DNA of 64,000 nucleotides from Fusobacterium ulcerans (GTDB lineage Bacteria; Fusobacteriota; Fusobacteriia; Fusobacteriales; Fusobacteriaceae): NCBI RefSeq assembly GCF_003019675.1, contig NZ_CP028105.1, positions 386,282 to 450,281 of the forward strand, read 5' to 3'. Shown piece by piece: positions 31,604 to 41,329 of this stretch (position 1 is its first letter; each line of letters starts with the position of its first letter). The notes under the pieces were generated by a model. It saw only the letters and a program-made list of their open reading frames with translations, ran no database searches and was not told where the DNA came from. The position numbers and the translations under genes were made by a program.

Positions 31604-32398
31604 CTACTTTGTATTTATATCTATAAGGGTATTGCTTCCTGCTCCATTTACTTGTGGAAGCTTTCCATCCCATTTTTCAATAGTTAATTTTTTTAATAAT
31701 AATGGTGACAATGATTCGGCTTCCACTTGGTTAGCTTTTGCTTGAAGTTCTTTTTCTTTTAATTGATATTCTGCTAATTTAACTTTATTTTCTGCCTCTA
31801 CTCTAAATTTTTCTTGTTCAAACCTGCTTCTTTCTACTGTTTGTTCTGCTACCTTTTTTGCCTCTATTGCTTTTTCATATTCCATTGAAAAATCGTGGTT
31901 TACTATGGACACATTTGATACTGCCAAGCCATACTCTTCAAAGTCATCTTTCAAATCTTGAAAGATCATTCTACTTAATTCTTGTCTTTTAGAAACAAAT
32001 TCTTCAATAGTGTATTTACTAATAGATGCTTGAACTACTTCTTTTGTTCTTGGAATTATGAAATTTGTTTCATGTAAACCCCTAAATCTTCTATATAATT
32101 TCTCTGGATCACTTATTGAACTCTGAACTGTTAGATCAAGTATAATTGACTGCATATCTTTAGTACTCACAGACATTTGATTAAAATCATATATTTGATC
32201 TCTTACTACCATTGTTTTTTTAGCTTGTACAATTGGAATTTTAAAATTCAACCCTTCAGTGTCAATCCTTGAAATTTTACCCCAGTTAGAAATAATGGCT
32301 ACTTCTCCTGTTTTTACACTATAACAAGACATTAATAAACTTATAAATGTCAATACCACTCCTGCTACTATTCCTGCTCTTATCAATCTTTTTTTCAT
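31604..32398 (-). CDS. SPFH/band-7 (prohibitin/HflC-like) membrane protein
   Basis: 264 aa: N-terminal TM helix, then an SPFH core, then a Glu/Lys-rich coiled coil. Confidence 0.6.
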   Translation of the reverse strand: MKKRLIRAGIVAGVVLTFISLLMSCYSVKTGEVAIISNWGKISRIDTEGLNFKIPIVQAKKTMVVRDQIYDFNQMSVSTKDMQSIILDLTVQSSISDPEKLYRRFRGLHETNFIIPRTKEVVQASISKYTIEEFVSKRQELSRMIFQDLKDDFEEYGLAVSNVSIVNHDFSMEYEKAIEAKKVAEQTVERSRFEQEKFRVEAENKVKLAEYQLKEKELQAKANQVEAESLSPLLLKKLTIEKWDGKLPQVNGAGSNTLIDINTK

Positions 32399-32608
32399 TT
32401 TGTTCCTCCTTCTTATTATTTACTTATTGTATATATTGCAAATACTATTATTCCTATAATTCCATGTGCTGCCATTAGTAAAAAAATTGTACTTGTTTTT
32501 ACTTTCACATCTGTTAAAAACTTTAATATTATAAGTACCTTTGTTGCTAAATCTAACATTTTCACAAATTCTTCTATTAACCACATTTTTTCTATTTTTA
32601 CCCTCTCC

Positions 32609-32842
32609 TTAAGTTAAAATAAATTTATCTTCATCTTTTTTGATTAGTCCTTTGTCTTCTAAATTCTTACAATACTCAACCACTTGATGCAGTTGAAAGC
32701 CTATTCCTAAAATTCCACACATTTCTTTTATTGTATAACTTCCATTTACAAGAGAAATTAGTGTATATACAATAACTTCCCTCTTTTGTAGTTTTAATCC
32801 TTCTATTTTTTCTTTATCAAGAGTTACTATTCTATTTTTCAT
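32609..32842 (-). CDS. Small winged-helix DNA-binding protein
   Basis: 77 aa. Confidence 0.3.
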   Translation of the reverse strand: MKNRIVTLDKEKIEGLKLQKREVIVYTLISLVNGSYTIKEMCGILGIGFQLHQVVEYCKNLEDKGLIKKDEDKFILT

Positions 32843-32858
32843 TAATTTTCACTCCTTT

Positions 32859-33131
32859 TTAGTCATTAAATTTATTTGCATATTGTTCAAATTCCTCATT
32901 TCTCTTCAATAACATTACTTTACTTGCACATGTTCCTACTGTTCTCCCTAAACATAAAGCAATATCCTTACTTCTCATTCCTTTATGTCTTCTTTCCCAC
33001 ATTCCACATAGATATATTAAGTCTTTTACTGTCCATGCTTTAAAATGGTTATAATGTAATTCTGGAGTGTATACCAATCTATGATTTGATTTTGTATAGG
33101 TGTAGCCGTCTTTCTCATATCTCTCTGTCAT
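32859..33131 (-). CDS. Putative HTH transcription activator (Mor/C-like?)
   Basis: 90 aa with C-terminal HTH (SKDIALCLGRTVGTCASKV). Confidence 0.3.
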   Translation of the reverse strand: MTERYEKDGYTYTKSNHRLVYTPELHYNHFKAWTVKDLIYLCGMWERRHKGMRSKDIALCLGRTVGTCASKVMLLKRNEEFEQYANKFND

Positions 33132-33505
33132 TTTATCTCCTCCATTATTTCTACGATTTCATTTTTCTCAAATATTTCTCCCAGTGTCTCAAAACCATTA
33201 CTACATCTTGTAGATTTTAAGATTCCAAGTGTTATCACAAGGTCTAGGCATTGTTTTTCTATTTTTAAACTATTTTTAAAGTTTAAACTAGGTATAGGAG
33301 CAATTGTTTCTTCCAGCTTCTTCATTTTCTCCAAAACTTCTCGGATCACTTTTTCTTCTATTTTATCTTTTACTTTAAAAAATACCTCTTCTTTTCTTAA
33401 TTCAAGCTCTTTTTCTATTTTAGTCATTAGCTTCTCCTCATCTTCTTTTATGTATATAGCCAGTGCTATAAAAGCACCAGCTATAATTATTAATAAGTAT
33501 TCCAT
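33128..33505 (-). CDS. Membrane-anchored hypothetical protein
   Basis: 125 aa with an N-terminal TM helix. Confidence 0.3.
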   Translation of the reverse strand: MEYLLIIIAGAFIALAIYIKEDEEKLMTKIEKELELRKEEVFFKVKDKIEEKVIREVLEKMKKLEETIAPIPSLNFKNSLKIEKQCLDLVITLGILKSTRCSNGFETLGEIFEKNEIVEIMEEIK

Positions 33506-33585
33506 AATATCTTCTCCAAGTACCTATTTTAAGGTTACATCATATATTCTAAAATTAGCCCCATACCACTTAATTCTATTTCCTC

Positions 33586-33987
33586 TTACCATGTTTTCTT
33601 CCCCTTATTTTTCCAATCAATCATTTTATCTAAACCATTTATTACATCTTGTGCCTCTTTAACTAATAATCTTCCTAGCTGTTTCTCCTGCCCTGTCTGT
33701 TTCTTTATAAAAGCTTTCAATTCCTTGTTAAAGTCCTTACCCCAATAAATTTTTGCTTTATTAAGAATATTACTTAACTGTTTTCTAGTTAAATACTTGC
33801 TTTTATATCCTAGCTTTTCAAATGTTTCCATTAATGCTTTAAATTGTGGTATTGTTAAATCTTTACTTGTTGTTACATTAAATCTACTTTTCAGAACTGT
33901 TCTGTAGTTATCCTCTGTCATCTTTATCTCTGCTTTAGCTGCATGTATTAGAGCAATTTTATTTCGATCCACCTTTTCATAGGTCAT
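33586..33987 (-). CDS. GemA/Mu gp16-like regulatory protein (DUF1018)
   Basis: 133 aa with motif KIALIHAAKAEIKMTEDNYRTVL. Confidence 0.5.
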   Translation of the reverse strand: MTYEKVDRNKIALIHAAKAEIKMTEDNYRTVLKSRFNVTTSKDLTIPQFKALMETFEKLGYKSKYLTRKQLSNILNKAKIYWGKDFNKELKAFIKKQTGQEKQLGRLLVKEAQDVINGLDKMIDWKNKGKKTW

Positions 33988-33989
33988 TT

Positions 33990-34634
33990 TTAATCACTCT
34001 CCATATCTACACTAGAAATAGAAAGTGGAATAGCTACCTTTTTCCCATGTTCGTCTTTATAATAAGCTTCAATAAAAGTAGAGCTTTTAGCAGGTTTATA
34101 AGCTGCTTCTATGATTTTTACTCCATCAAGAAAATCATAATCATTCACTTTTTCAGCTATTTTCTTTAATTCAAGCACTCTATTAGCCTTCATGTTTCCA
34201 TTTTTATCTTTTTTAAGAAGCAGATCCAACATCATTTCTACTTCTTTTTTCTCTCCAGAGGCAACTCCTTGTATATACTCTCTCACTTTAGCAATTCCAG
34301 TATGTACAGTGTCATCGAAGGTATCAATAATTCTATGCCCTATTATTATTGTTAAACCTTCATCTGTAGAAAAAGTGTGACTTTGTTGATTTTCTCTAAT
34401 TCCATATAACTCTGCTTTCATATTAAGTATTGTTATAAAGTCTTCAAAGACTGTTTTTTTTAAGCATGAAAGGGCTTTAGATATTTTTTTAACTTCTTGA
34501 AAATTTCTAGTAACAGTTTCTTTTACCAATTCTTTATATTCATTTCTTTTCTTTTTTTCTCCATCTTCTTCTGCCTGTAATGCTATTAACATTGCTTTTT
34601 TCTCTTCTGGTGTCATTTTTGTAATATCTACCAT
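33990..34634 (-). CDS. Conserved Mu-like early protein (DUF3164-like)
   Basis: 214 aa, directly downstream of the MuB-like gene. Confidence 0.35.
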   Translation of the reverse strand: MVDITKMTPEEKKAMLIALQAEEDGEKKKRNEYKELVKETVTRNFQEVKKISKALSCLKKTVFEDFITILNMKAELYGIRENQQSHTFSTDEGLTIIIGHRIIDTFDDTVHTGIAKVREYIQGVASGEKKEVEMMLDLLLKKDKNGNMKANRVLELKKIAEKVNDYDFLDGVKIIEAAYKPAKSSTFIEAYYKDEHGKKVAIPLSISSVDMESD

Positions 34635-34696
34635 ATTAATTCTCCTTTATTATTTTATTTTTGCTTGGTAACATATGCTCAGTAACATATATTCAG

Positions 34697-34948
34697 TTAT
34701 TTTTTAAACATTTCATTTAAACTCTTTATTTTTAAAACTATATCTTTGTTTAACTGTTTATATCTTTTTTCATATAATATTGTATTTTTACTTTCTTCAT
34801 TATCATTTGCTATAATTTTCTTTACTAGGTTCTTTCTCGTTAAAACTAAGTTTGCTAGTTCAGATAGTTCTCTGTTATATCTTTCAGGATCTTTTATATT
34901 AAGCTCTGTTACCAGAGCCTCTTTCATTGCCTCTATTTTTTTATTCAT
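34697..34948 (-). CDS. Hypothetical early protein
   Basis: 83 aa. Confidence 0.3.
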   Translation of the reverse strand: MNKKIEAMKEALVTELNIKDPERYNRELSELANLVLTRKNLVKKIIANDNEESKNTILYEKRYKQLNKDIVLKIKSLNEMFKK

Positions 34949-34958
34949 CTATTGCCTC

Positions 34959-35927
34959 CTATGCAACCGCCATCATTGTAACTGCTGCTTTAATATAATC
35001 TAGTGTTAATAATCCTTTCGTCTTCTCTAAGTTATCTGGATAATTAGCTATTACTGTTGCCATACTAAGCAGGTTATTAAGCTGTCTGGCACTCCCTCTT
35101 ACTATCTTATTAATGTATTCAATCATTACAGTAAGTTTTTTTTCTTCATATAATATTTCATCACTTCCTAAAAAGGTTCTTGTTATCAAGCTTACATCTT
35201 TTAAACTCAAATCTTGTAATTGCATCCAAATTACTGCTCTACTATACAAGTATTCATAAGCTCCTGTCTGTGTCATTAATTTATGTTTCAAATGTTCTGT
35301 TCCTGCTACAACTAAGCCCACTCCTGTTTGGTCCGCAATACTTCTTACTGCATCTATTACCTTTGGTGGAAGGTTTTCCCCTTCATCAATTATTATTATT
35401 GTCTCTGTAAATAAAAGTTTATTTTTAATATTTTCTCTGATAGTAGCTGTATGTCCTGTTGTAGCAAGTTTTAATCTAAGTGCTATTTTTCTTACTATGG
35501 TGCTTATAGTATCACTGTTTTCTGCTGTTATAAATACTATTTTTGCTTCATAATCTTTTGCATATTCTTGTAATGCTTTTGTCTTTCCTATACCTGCTCT
35601 TCCTATTATATAGGCTATTTTTGCACTTTCTAAAAGTTCCTCTCTTACATTACTACTCACATATTTTTTTATTAGATCTATACTATAATAAATTTTCTTT
35701 TTTACATCTGTATCTGCTATAAAGTTAATTCTTTTCATTTTCTCTTCATGTCTATTTAAGAAAGCCCTTATTTTTGTATAGATTGTTTCAGTTTCTCCAT
35801 TATATTTTCCAGATCTAATTTCACTTAATGTACTAGCTCCTATTCCCATAGCTTTCGCTATTTTAGAATAACTCATTCCTCGCTCTTGCGAGAATTGCTC
35901 TAAAGCAAGCATCAATTCTTCTCTCAT
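34959..35927 (-). CDS. MuB-like AAA+ transposition ATPase
   Basis: 322 aa with N-terminal HTH and Walker A GRAGIGKT. It is immediately downstream of the transposase. Confidence 0.7.
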   Translation of the reverse strand: MREELMLALEQFSQERGMSYSKIAKAMGIGASTLSEIRSGKYNGETETIYTKIRAFLNRHEEKMKRINFIADTDVKKKIYYSIDLIKKYVSSNVREELLESAKIAYIIGRAGIGKTKALQEYAKDYEAKIVFITAENSDTISTIVRKIALRLKLATTGHTATIRENIKNKLLFTETIIIIDEGENLPPKVIDAVRSIADQTGVGLVVAGTEHLKHKLMTQTGAYEYLYSRAVIWMQLQDLSLKDVSLITRTFLGSDEILYEEKKLTVMIEYINKIVRGSARQLNNLLSMATVIANYPDNLEKTKGLLTLDYIKAAVTMMAVA

Positions 35928-35936
35928 TTTTACCCC

Positions 35937-37826
35937 CTAATCATCTATTATAATTTCCATTCCATCTGCTATTTTTATGCTCTTTTTTTCTTTCTTCTTT
36001 TTCTCTTCTTTAAATACAAGTGGCTTTATCTCTTCCTTTTCAAGTTTTTCCCTTCTTTCAAAAGAAAACTCAATCATCCCATCCACTTCTCTCTTTTGAT
36101 TTCTAGCATCAATAAGGTTGTTTTCAAGTTTTTTAACTTTTTTAACCAATCTTTTATGTTCTTTCATTTCTTCTACTGTGCCGAATCCAGATTTATTTAT
36201 TTTATCTGCTTTACATAAAAACTCTCCACTGCTCAAATATACATAAATGTATTCTAAATTGTGTGGATCATATTTGATTTTAACTTGTTCTTTCAGATGA
36301 AAAAATAAATGTTCATTTCTATATGTGTTCCCTAAGTATGTTACCCCATTTTGTTGAATTGTTTTTATATCTTCATATAGGAATAACAATCTTAATTGTT
36401 CTGCTGTAAGCATTTTTCTTTTATTTATTGGCAATGTATTAAAAACTTCTAAAGGTGTCATATTATTCATACTATCTCCTCTATGTGCTTTTTTCTTTGC
36501 CATTCTCCTTATTGCATAATACATATGGTTTTTATACTTTACCCATTCGCTTATATACTCTTTCAGTTCCTCATATTCCAGTATTTTTCCCTTTAAGATT
36601 TTATCTTTCAAAATATCTTTTAAATCTTCTTTTCTTTCTAAAATATGTCCCCCTTTATATGTAAGACTATTTTTGGTAAAGCTTTCTTTAAAATCTAAAA
36701 ACCATCTTTCTATTGGCTTTGCCTGTGCATTTCTAACAATAGCATGTCTTGCTTTTATTCCTAGAGCTGCATATATACCATCTAATCCATCATCAGTACT
36801 TTTAGTACCTTTTAATACTTTACCTCTATAAGCCTTTCCATTGTCTGTATATACCTGTTTTGGCTTTCCATAATGCTCTATACCATTTTTCAAAGCTATT
36901 GCTATGCTCTCTGCTGTTTCTCCCCAACTTAATGTCCACCCTGTTATCATCCTACTCCTCATATCCATCCAGATAACAAGTTTAGGAGTTGCAACTTTTC
37001 TTTCTCCTCTTGATGTTTTCTCATAAGGATGGAAGCAAGACATTTCTAGATCATGCCCATCAGATACCCACATTTCATTTACCTCAAGAGTACTGTAGTC
37101 TCTTTCTATATAAAAATCGTGCATATCTCTAAATTCTTTTTTGCCCATTCTTCCTCTATCTTTTTCAATAGAGTTCAAATCATATTTTATATAATTTCTT
37201 AAAGTACCATAGCTTATTGCTTCTGTTCCATGCTTCAATACTATTCTTTCATATACATATGTCATTTTGGGCTTATTTTTACTTAAATATAGACTTTTTA
37301 CATCTTCCAGAACTTCTTTATTTACATTTCTTAATCCTTTATTTGTTCCATGCTTGGAGCAGAGAGCCAAAGGATCACTAGGAGATTTTGAATAAGACAT
37401 AAACCATCTACGAAGTGTTGGTACAGATATTCTTTTTAAGACTTTCATTTGTTCTGGGTAATCTTCAAAGGCTCTATTTACAAATTCTTTAATTATTACT
37501 TCCTTAAGTTCCCCTCTTTCCTCATAAGCCTCATCTAGCTTTAAACAAAGCATATATCTCGCCCATGCTACACGCTGGTTCCACTCTGGCAATTCATCTA
37601 CAGCTACAGCTTCCTTTTTTATCACTGTTAAAGTTCTAGTAGCATTCTCTTTAGTTTCTGTAGATATACCTAAAGACTTTTCTACATCAGATGCTAGATA
37701 ATAATTTTTTGTTGTTCCATTTTCAGCAACTTTCACTACCTGCCAGTTATATTCTTTTGCCATACGCATTACTTGGTATCTGCTCTTATTCAATTTTTGT
37801 TCTAAATCTTTTACAGTGTAGTTCAT
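35937..37826 (-). CDS. MuA-like DDE transposase
   Basis: 629 aa with N-terminal DNA-binding region. The rve-type DDE core is present (WVSDGHD ... VYTDNGKAY ... downstream Glu). Confidence 0.8.
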   Translation of the reverse strand: MNYTVKDLEQKLNKSRYQVMRMAKEYNWQVVKVAENGTTKNYYLASDVEKSLGISTETKENATRTLTVIKKEAVAVDELPEWNQRVAWARYMLCLKLDEAYEERGELKEVIIKEFVNRAFEDYPEQMKVLKRISVPTLRRWFMSYSKSPSDPLALCSKHGTNKGLRNVNKEVLEDVKSLYLSKNKPKMTYVYERIVLKHGTEAISYGTLRNYIKYDLNSIEKDRGRMGKKEFRDMHDFYIERDYSTLEVNEMWVSDGHDLEMSCFHPYEKTSRGERKVATPKLVIWMDMRSRMITGWTLSWGETAESIAIALKNGIEHYGKPKQVYTDNGKAYRGKVLKGTKSTDDGLDGIYAALGIKARHAIVRNAQAKPIERWFLDFKESFTKNSLTYKGGHILERKEDLKDILKDKILKGKILEYEELKEYISEWVKYKNHMYYAIRRMAKKKAHRGDSMNNMTPLEVFNTLPINKRKMLTAEQLRLLFLYEDIKTIQQNGVTYLGNTYRNEHLFFHLKEQVKIKYDPHNLEYIYVYLSSGEFLCKADKINKSGFGTVEEMKEHKRLVKKVKKLENNLIDARNQKREVDGMIEFSFERREKLEKEEIKPLVFKEEKKKKEKKSIKIADGMEIIIDD

Positions 37827-37837
37827 TGCTACTCCTA

Positions 37838-38248
37838 TCAGCAGAACAATTTCTCATCAAGCAAATTTTCAAGTTTCTGCTCTAATTCTCTATCTCTATT
37901 TATGTTCTCTCCTCTTATTGTTCTGTATATTTTATTTCTATTTACCTTCAATGTATCTTCGAGTTCTGTTATTTTTATACCCTTTTTTAATAAAATCTTC
38001 TGAAAGTGTTTAAACTCCTTGTCACGCTGTATTATTGCTTTTGGTGTATTTTTTATAAGCTTTTCTACAGCTGCTTCTTTATCTTGTAGTTCTCCAGCTA
38101 CAAGCTTCCTTAATTCATGTACTGTCAATCCTAATTCTTTTTTTAAGATATTAAAACTTATTTCAGCATCTATTATTTTTTCTCTTAACTCTGTAGCTCG
38201 TAGAAGATTTTCTTTATATTCAAGGACTTTTTTATCTATACCTTGCAT
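37838..38248 (-). CDS. HTH DNA-binding early regulator (Ner-like position)
   Basis: 136 aa with two HTH-like segments, directly upstream of the transposase. Confidence 0.4.
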   Translation of the reverse strand: MQGIDKKVLEYKENLLRATELREKIIDAEISFNILKKELGLTVHELRKLVAGELQDKEAAVEKLIKNTPKAIIQRDKEFKHFQKILLKKGIKITELEDTLKVNRNKIYRTIRGENINRDRELEQKLENLLDEKLFC

Positions 38249-38456
38249 CTTAATATCTCCTTTTCTATTTTTTCAATCATTCTTCTATATGCGTTTTTCC
38301 CCTCACTGCTCTCTAATGCTATCAATAGACCTTTTAAAAATTCTACCTTAGACATATGCCCTCCCATTATGGTATAATTGCAATAAGCTTTTTATAAAGC
38401 TCTCACAAGTAGGGAGATAAGTCTTGAACGCCAATTCTTTAGCTTATCTTCCTGCC

Positions 38457-39242
38457 TTAGTATTGCAAATCATAACCAAAGTTTTTAAAATATTGTTTTA
38501 TACTTCCTTTACTCTTGTTTCTTAAGTATTTTGTTACCTTATCCACCTCTCCTCTTTTCCACATTTCTAAAGCTATTCCATGTCTCATTTCATTCAAACC
38601 ATATTTAATTCCTAATACCTCTTCTGTTTTCTCTCTAAACTTTTTTCTTATAACTGTTCCATGCAGTCCAGTTTTCTTTCTACTTAAAAAAATTTCTTCC
38701 TGTATTCTGTGTTTTTCCATATAGTTATACATGGTTCTTGCCAAATCAATAGAAATATTATATTTAATACCATTTACTACTATAAACCATTGATTATCTG
38801 CACACTTCAAGTCTTCTACTTTTATCATTCCTATTTCTTCAGATATAATCCCAGTTTCTTTCATAAGGGTATATATAAGCCTCTCTCTGTCTTTGCTCAA
38901 AGCTATTACTGTTTCTATTTCCTTCATAGTCATTAATTTATATTTATACTCTCGCTTGTACTTGTAAATATCCTTTGTTATATCTAGCCCCAGCACCTCT
39001 TCAAAAAAGAGTTCTAGAGCATTTAATTTTATTAGTATTGTATTTTTGCTTACTTTTTCTCCTTGTTTATCAAGGTATCTTATTACATCTCCTTTTCTAA
39101 TTTTTATTATTTCTTTATCTGTACTTTCTAAAAAGTCTTTTACTGTACTTGTATATATTCTGCATGTGCTCTCGCTATATCCTCTATATATCAACTCCCC
39201 TTTCAGCGTTAGAATCTCCATGAAAAACTTATCTATTATCAT
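38457..39242 (-). CDS. Tyrosine-type site-specific recombinase (XerC/XerD-like, short)
   Basis: 261 aa with R..H..R..Y signature elements (LARTMY; MRHGIALEMWKRG; KGSIKQY). It lies inside the Mu-like early region. Confidence 0.65.
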   Translation of the reverse strand: MIIDKFFMEILTLKGELIYRGYSESTCRIYTSTVKDFLESTDKEIIKIRKGDVIRYLDKQGEKVSKNTILIKLNALELFFEEVLGLDITKDIYKYKREYKYKLMTMKEIETVIALSKDRERLIYTLMKETGIISEEIGMIKVEDLKCADNQWFIVVNGIKYNISIDLARTMYNYMEKHRIQEEIFLSRKKTGLHGTVIRKKFREKTEEVLGIKYGLNEMRHGIALEMWKRGEVDKVTKYLRNKSKGSIKQYFKNFGYDLQY

Positions 39243-39844
39243 CCCTCTTCTCCAAAAGCTTTTAAAAAGTCATCCATTTGTCTAGACATAAGGTTAACTG
39301 CTTTTTTTAAAGCTTTTACATCCTCCTTTAAATTATCAAAATCTGTCAGTTTACCTTTAAGTTCTTCTAAAAGATTTACTACTTTTTCTGTATTTCCTTC
39401 CAAATTCTCTAATAGATCTTGACGATCTTCAAAAGTAGAAATTATTCCATCAAATTTCTTTTCCATTAAACTCCATCTATCTGCTGGAAGTTTTGGGATC
39501 ATTTCTCCTTTTCTTACAGATTTTAAAATAGTACCTGCAAATCTTCTGAATTCTCTAGCTCTTGGAGTAGATGCTAAAAAGCTTACTTCGTAAATACCAG
39601 ATTCAGTAAAAAATCTCTTTTCCCTCATTTTAGTTACTCCACCTTCAAGGTTTGGGACTTTCTTCTTATAGCTGTATTCTTTTTCTAAAAGTTCAGGGTG
39701 TGTTTCAAATAACTCCTTAATTTTCCTTCCACTACTGTATCCTGTAACTTTTCTAAGTTGTTCTATATCCATCACAACTTCGTCAATATCTAAGAAAAAA
39801 TCAACTTTTTCTTTTTTAAATTCTGTAGCTAACAATAACTCCAT
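39239..39844 (-). CDS. Phage regulatory protein (antirepressor/Rha-like?), first gene of the early operon
   Basis: 201 aa. It is divergent from the repressor and overlaps the recombinase start. Confidence 0.35.
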   Translation of the reverse strand: MELLLATEFKKEKVDFFLDIDEVVMDIEQLRKVTGYSSGRKIKELFETHPELLEKEYSYKKKVPNLEGGVTKMREKRFFTESGIYEVSFLASTPRAREFRRFAGTILKSVRKGEMIPKLPADRWSLMEKKFDGIISTFEDRQDLLENLEGNTEKVVNLLEELKGKLTDFDNLKEDVKALKKAVNLMSRQMDDFLKAFGEEG

Positions 39845-40079
39845 ATTTCCTCCTCTCTTTTTTTATGAGACTTTACAGAGTAGTTCTCAAACTCCGAGAT
39901 TGTATTTTGTTCAACGTTTTTTTGCTCATTTTTTTCTAAAAAATAAAGATACTTTTTTAATTTTCTAAAGAATTTTATCCAAATTCTTTAGTTTAACTAA
40001 TTGTATCCAAGTTTTAAAAATGGTATAATTGTTATACGGAAAGTTAAATATTTACATATATAAAATTTTATTCTTAAAA

Positions 40080-40163
40080 AATCTTACGTTTGTATTATTT
40101 AAAAAAATAATAACACATATATTTTTTATTGTCAATATAATTTTATAAAACAAACGTAAGATT
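40080..40163. promoter_or_regulatory. Divergent c / early promoter region with 14-bp inverted repeats
   Basis: AATCTTACGTTTGT (40080-40093) and ACAAACGTAAGATT (40150-40163) bracket a TATAAT box. A second extended -10 (TGGTATAATTG) lies at 40021-40031. Confidence 0.45.
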
Positions 40164-40210
40164 ATTTACAAAACATTTACAATTGTATAATTAAATAGGG
40201 GGGATGTGTT

Positions 40211-40828
40211 GTGTATAATCTTGGACAAAAAATAATGTTATTAAGAAAAAAAGAAAATATGACTCAAGATGAATTGGCAGAAAAGTTAAATATATCTAAG
40301 CAAAGTATATTGAATTATGAAACTGAAAAAAGATTAATTCCAATAGATGTTCTTTCAAATATTGCAAAATTATTTAATTTTCCAATTGAAAATTTTTTTT
40401 CAAATACTTTTGATGATAATGAAATTTTAAAGAATTCTTCAAAAATAAAAAAAATCCCTATTATATCAAAAGTTAGTGCAGGAACAGGAGTTTTTGGTAT
40501 AGAAGATGTTTTAGACTGGTTAGAAATGCCTACAAGTTTATGTAAAAATTGTGATTTTGCAACTTTTATTGATGGGGACTCGATGGAACCTAAAGTTTAT
40601 GATAATGATTTAATTTTAGTACAAAAAACAACTTTTTTAGATAATGGAAGTATAGGAATATTTAAAATAGGAGAAGATGTTTTTTGTAAAAAGTTCTATC
40701 AAAACCCAATCACTAAAGCTATTGTTTTAAAATCTATTAATAAAAGTTATAATTCTATTTCCATTACTTCAGAAGATGAATTTTATATTTTAGGTAAAGT
40801 TGTTTGTAAAATAGATTATAATTTTTAG
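40211..40828 (+). CDS. Phage c-type repressor: XRE HTH plus S24 LexA-like autopeptidase
   Basis: 205 aa with N-terminal HTH (MTQDELAEKLNISKQSILNYE). The S24 domain carries the Ser nucleophile GDSMEP and a downstream Lys (VVCKIDY). Confidence 0.75.
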   Translation: MYNLGQKIMLLRKKENMTQDELAEKLNISKQSILNYETEKRLIPIDVLSNIAKLFNFPIENFFSNTFDDNEILKNSSKIKKIPIISKVSAGTGVFGIEDVLDWLEMPTSLCKNCDFATFIDGDSMEPKVYDNDLILVQKTTFLDNGSIGIFKIGEDVFCKKFYQNPITKAIVLKSINKSYNSISITSEDEFYILGKVVCKIDYNF

Positions 40829-40833
40829 TGTTC

Positions 40834-40885
40834 TATTTCAACCAGTGCCCAAAAAGGCACTAGTTGAAATATCAACTTTTTTTAT
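40834..40885 (+). terminator. Rho-independent terminator of the repressor gene
   Basis: TATTTCAACCAGTGCC-caaaaa-GGCACTAGTTGAAATA hairpin followed by a T-run. Confidence 0.5.
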
Positions 40886-41081
40886 TTCTTGATTTCATTA
40901 GGTTTATTCAAAAAACAACTTTTTTTATCCTACTGTAATTATCTCTTAGTGTTCTATTTATGTATTTAACATTTTTTCCATATTTTATTCATTCTTTTCT
41001 TAAATTCTTTTTTATATCATTTTAACTCTCGTTAGAATTTTTTCTATTTCCATCTATCAAAAGCTTAACATAGTCCTTTTT

Positions 41082-41304
41082 CACTTTTGCACAGCGGCAG
41101 CTTGCACAGTGATTTTTTACAATATCTTATTTATAGCAACTTTTCTCCACTGTGCAGCACTTTTATAAAAATGCGGGATTTTTAATTTTTGCACAGTGTT
41201 TTTTTTCCAAAAATAAAAAAAGAATGTTTTCTGAAGCTCTATCGAACAGAGTTGCGAACATTCTCATTTTTTTTATTTTTTCTCATTTTCACTGTGCAAA
41301 TTCT
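41082..41304. repeat. Cluster of five TTGCACAG(T/C)G repeats in both orientations, inside the prophage left end
   Basis: Copies lie at about 41090, 41108, 41150 (reverse), 41191 and 41290 (reverse). Each is followed by a T-run. No ORF covers this ~600-bp region. Confidence 0.5.
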
Positions 41305-41329
41305 CATTTTTTTCTTAATTTTTCTCATC

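Noticed and set aside
38457-39242. Tyrosine recombinase as evidence that the prophage integrates lambda-style at an att site
   Set aside because: The junctions show a 5-bp duplication, TG/CA termini and inverted transposase-binding repeats. An in-frame re-joined target gene also argues for Mu-type transposition rather than site-specific integration.
41082-41304. TTGCACAGTG repeats as the MuA end-binding sites
   Set aside because: The motif is absent from the right end, whereas a different motif (GAAATGATAAA-type) is present at both termini in inverted orientation.
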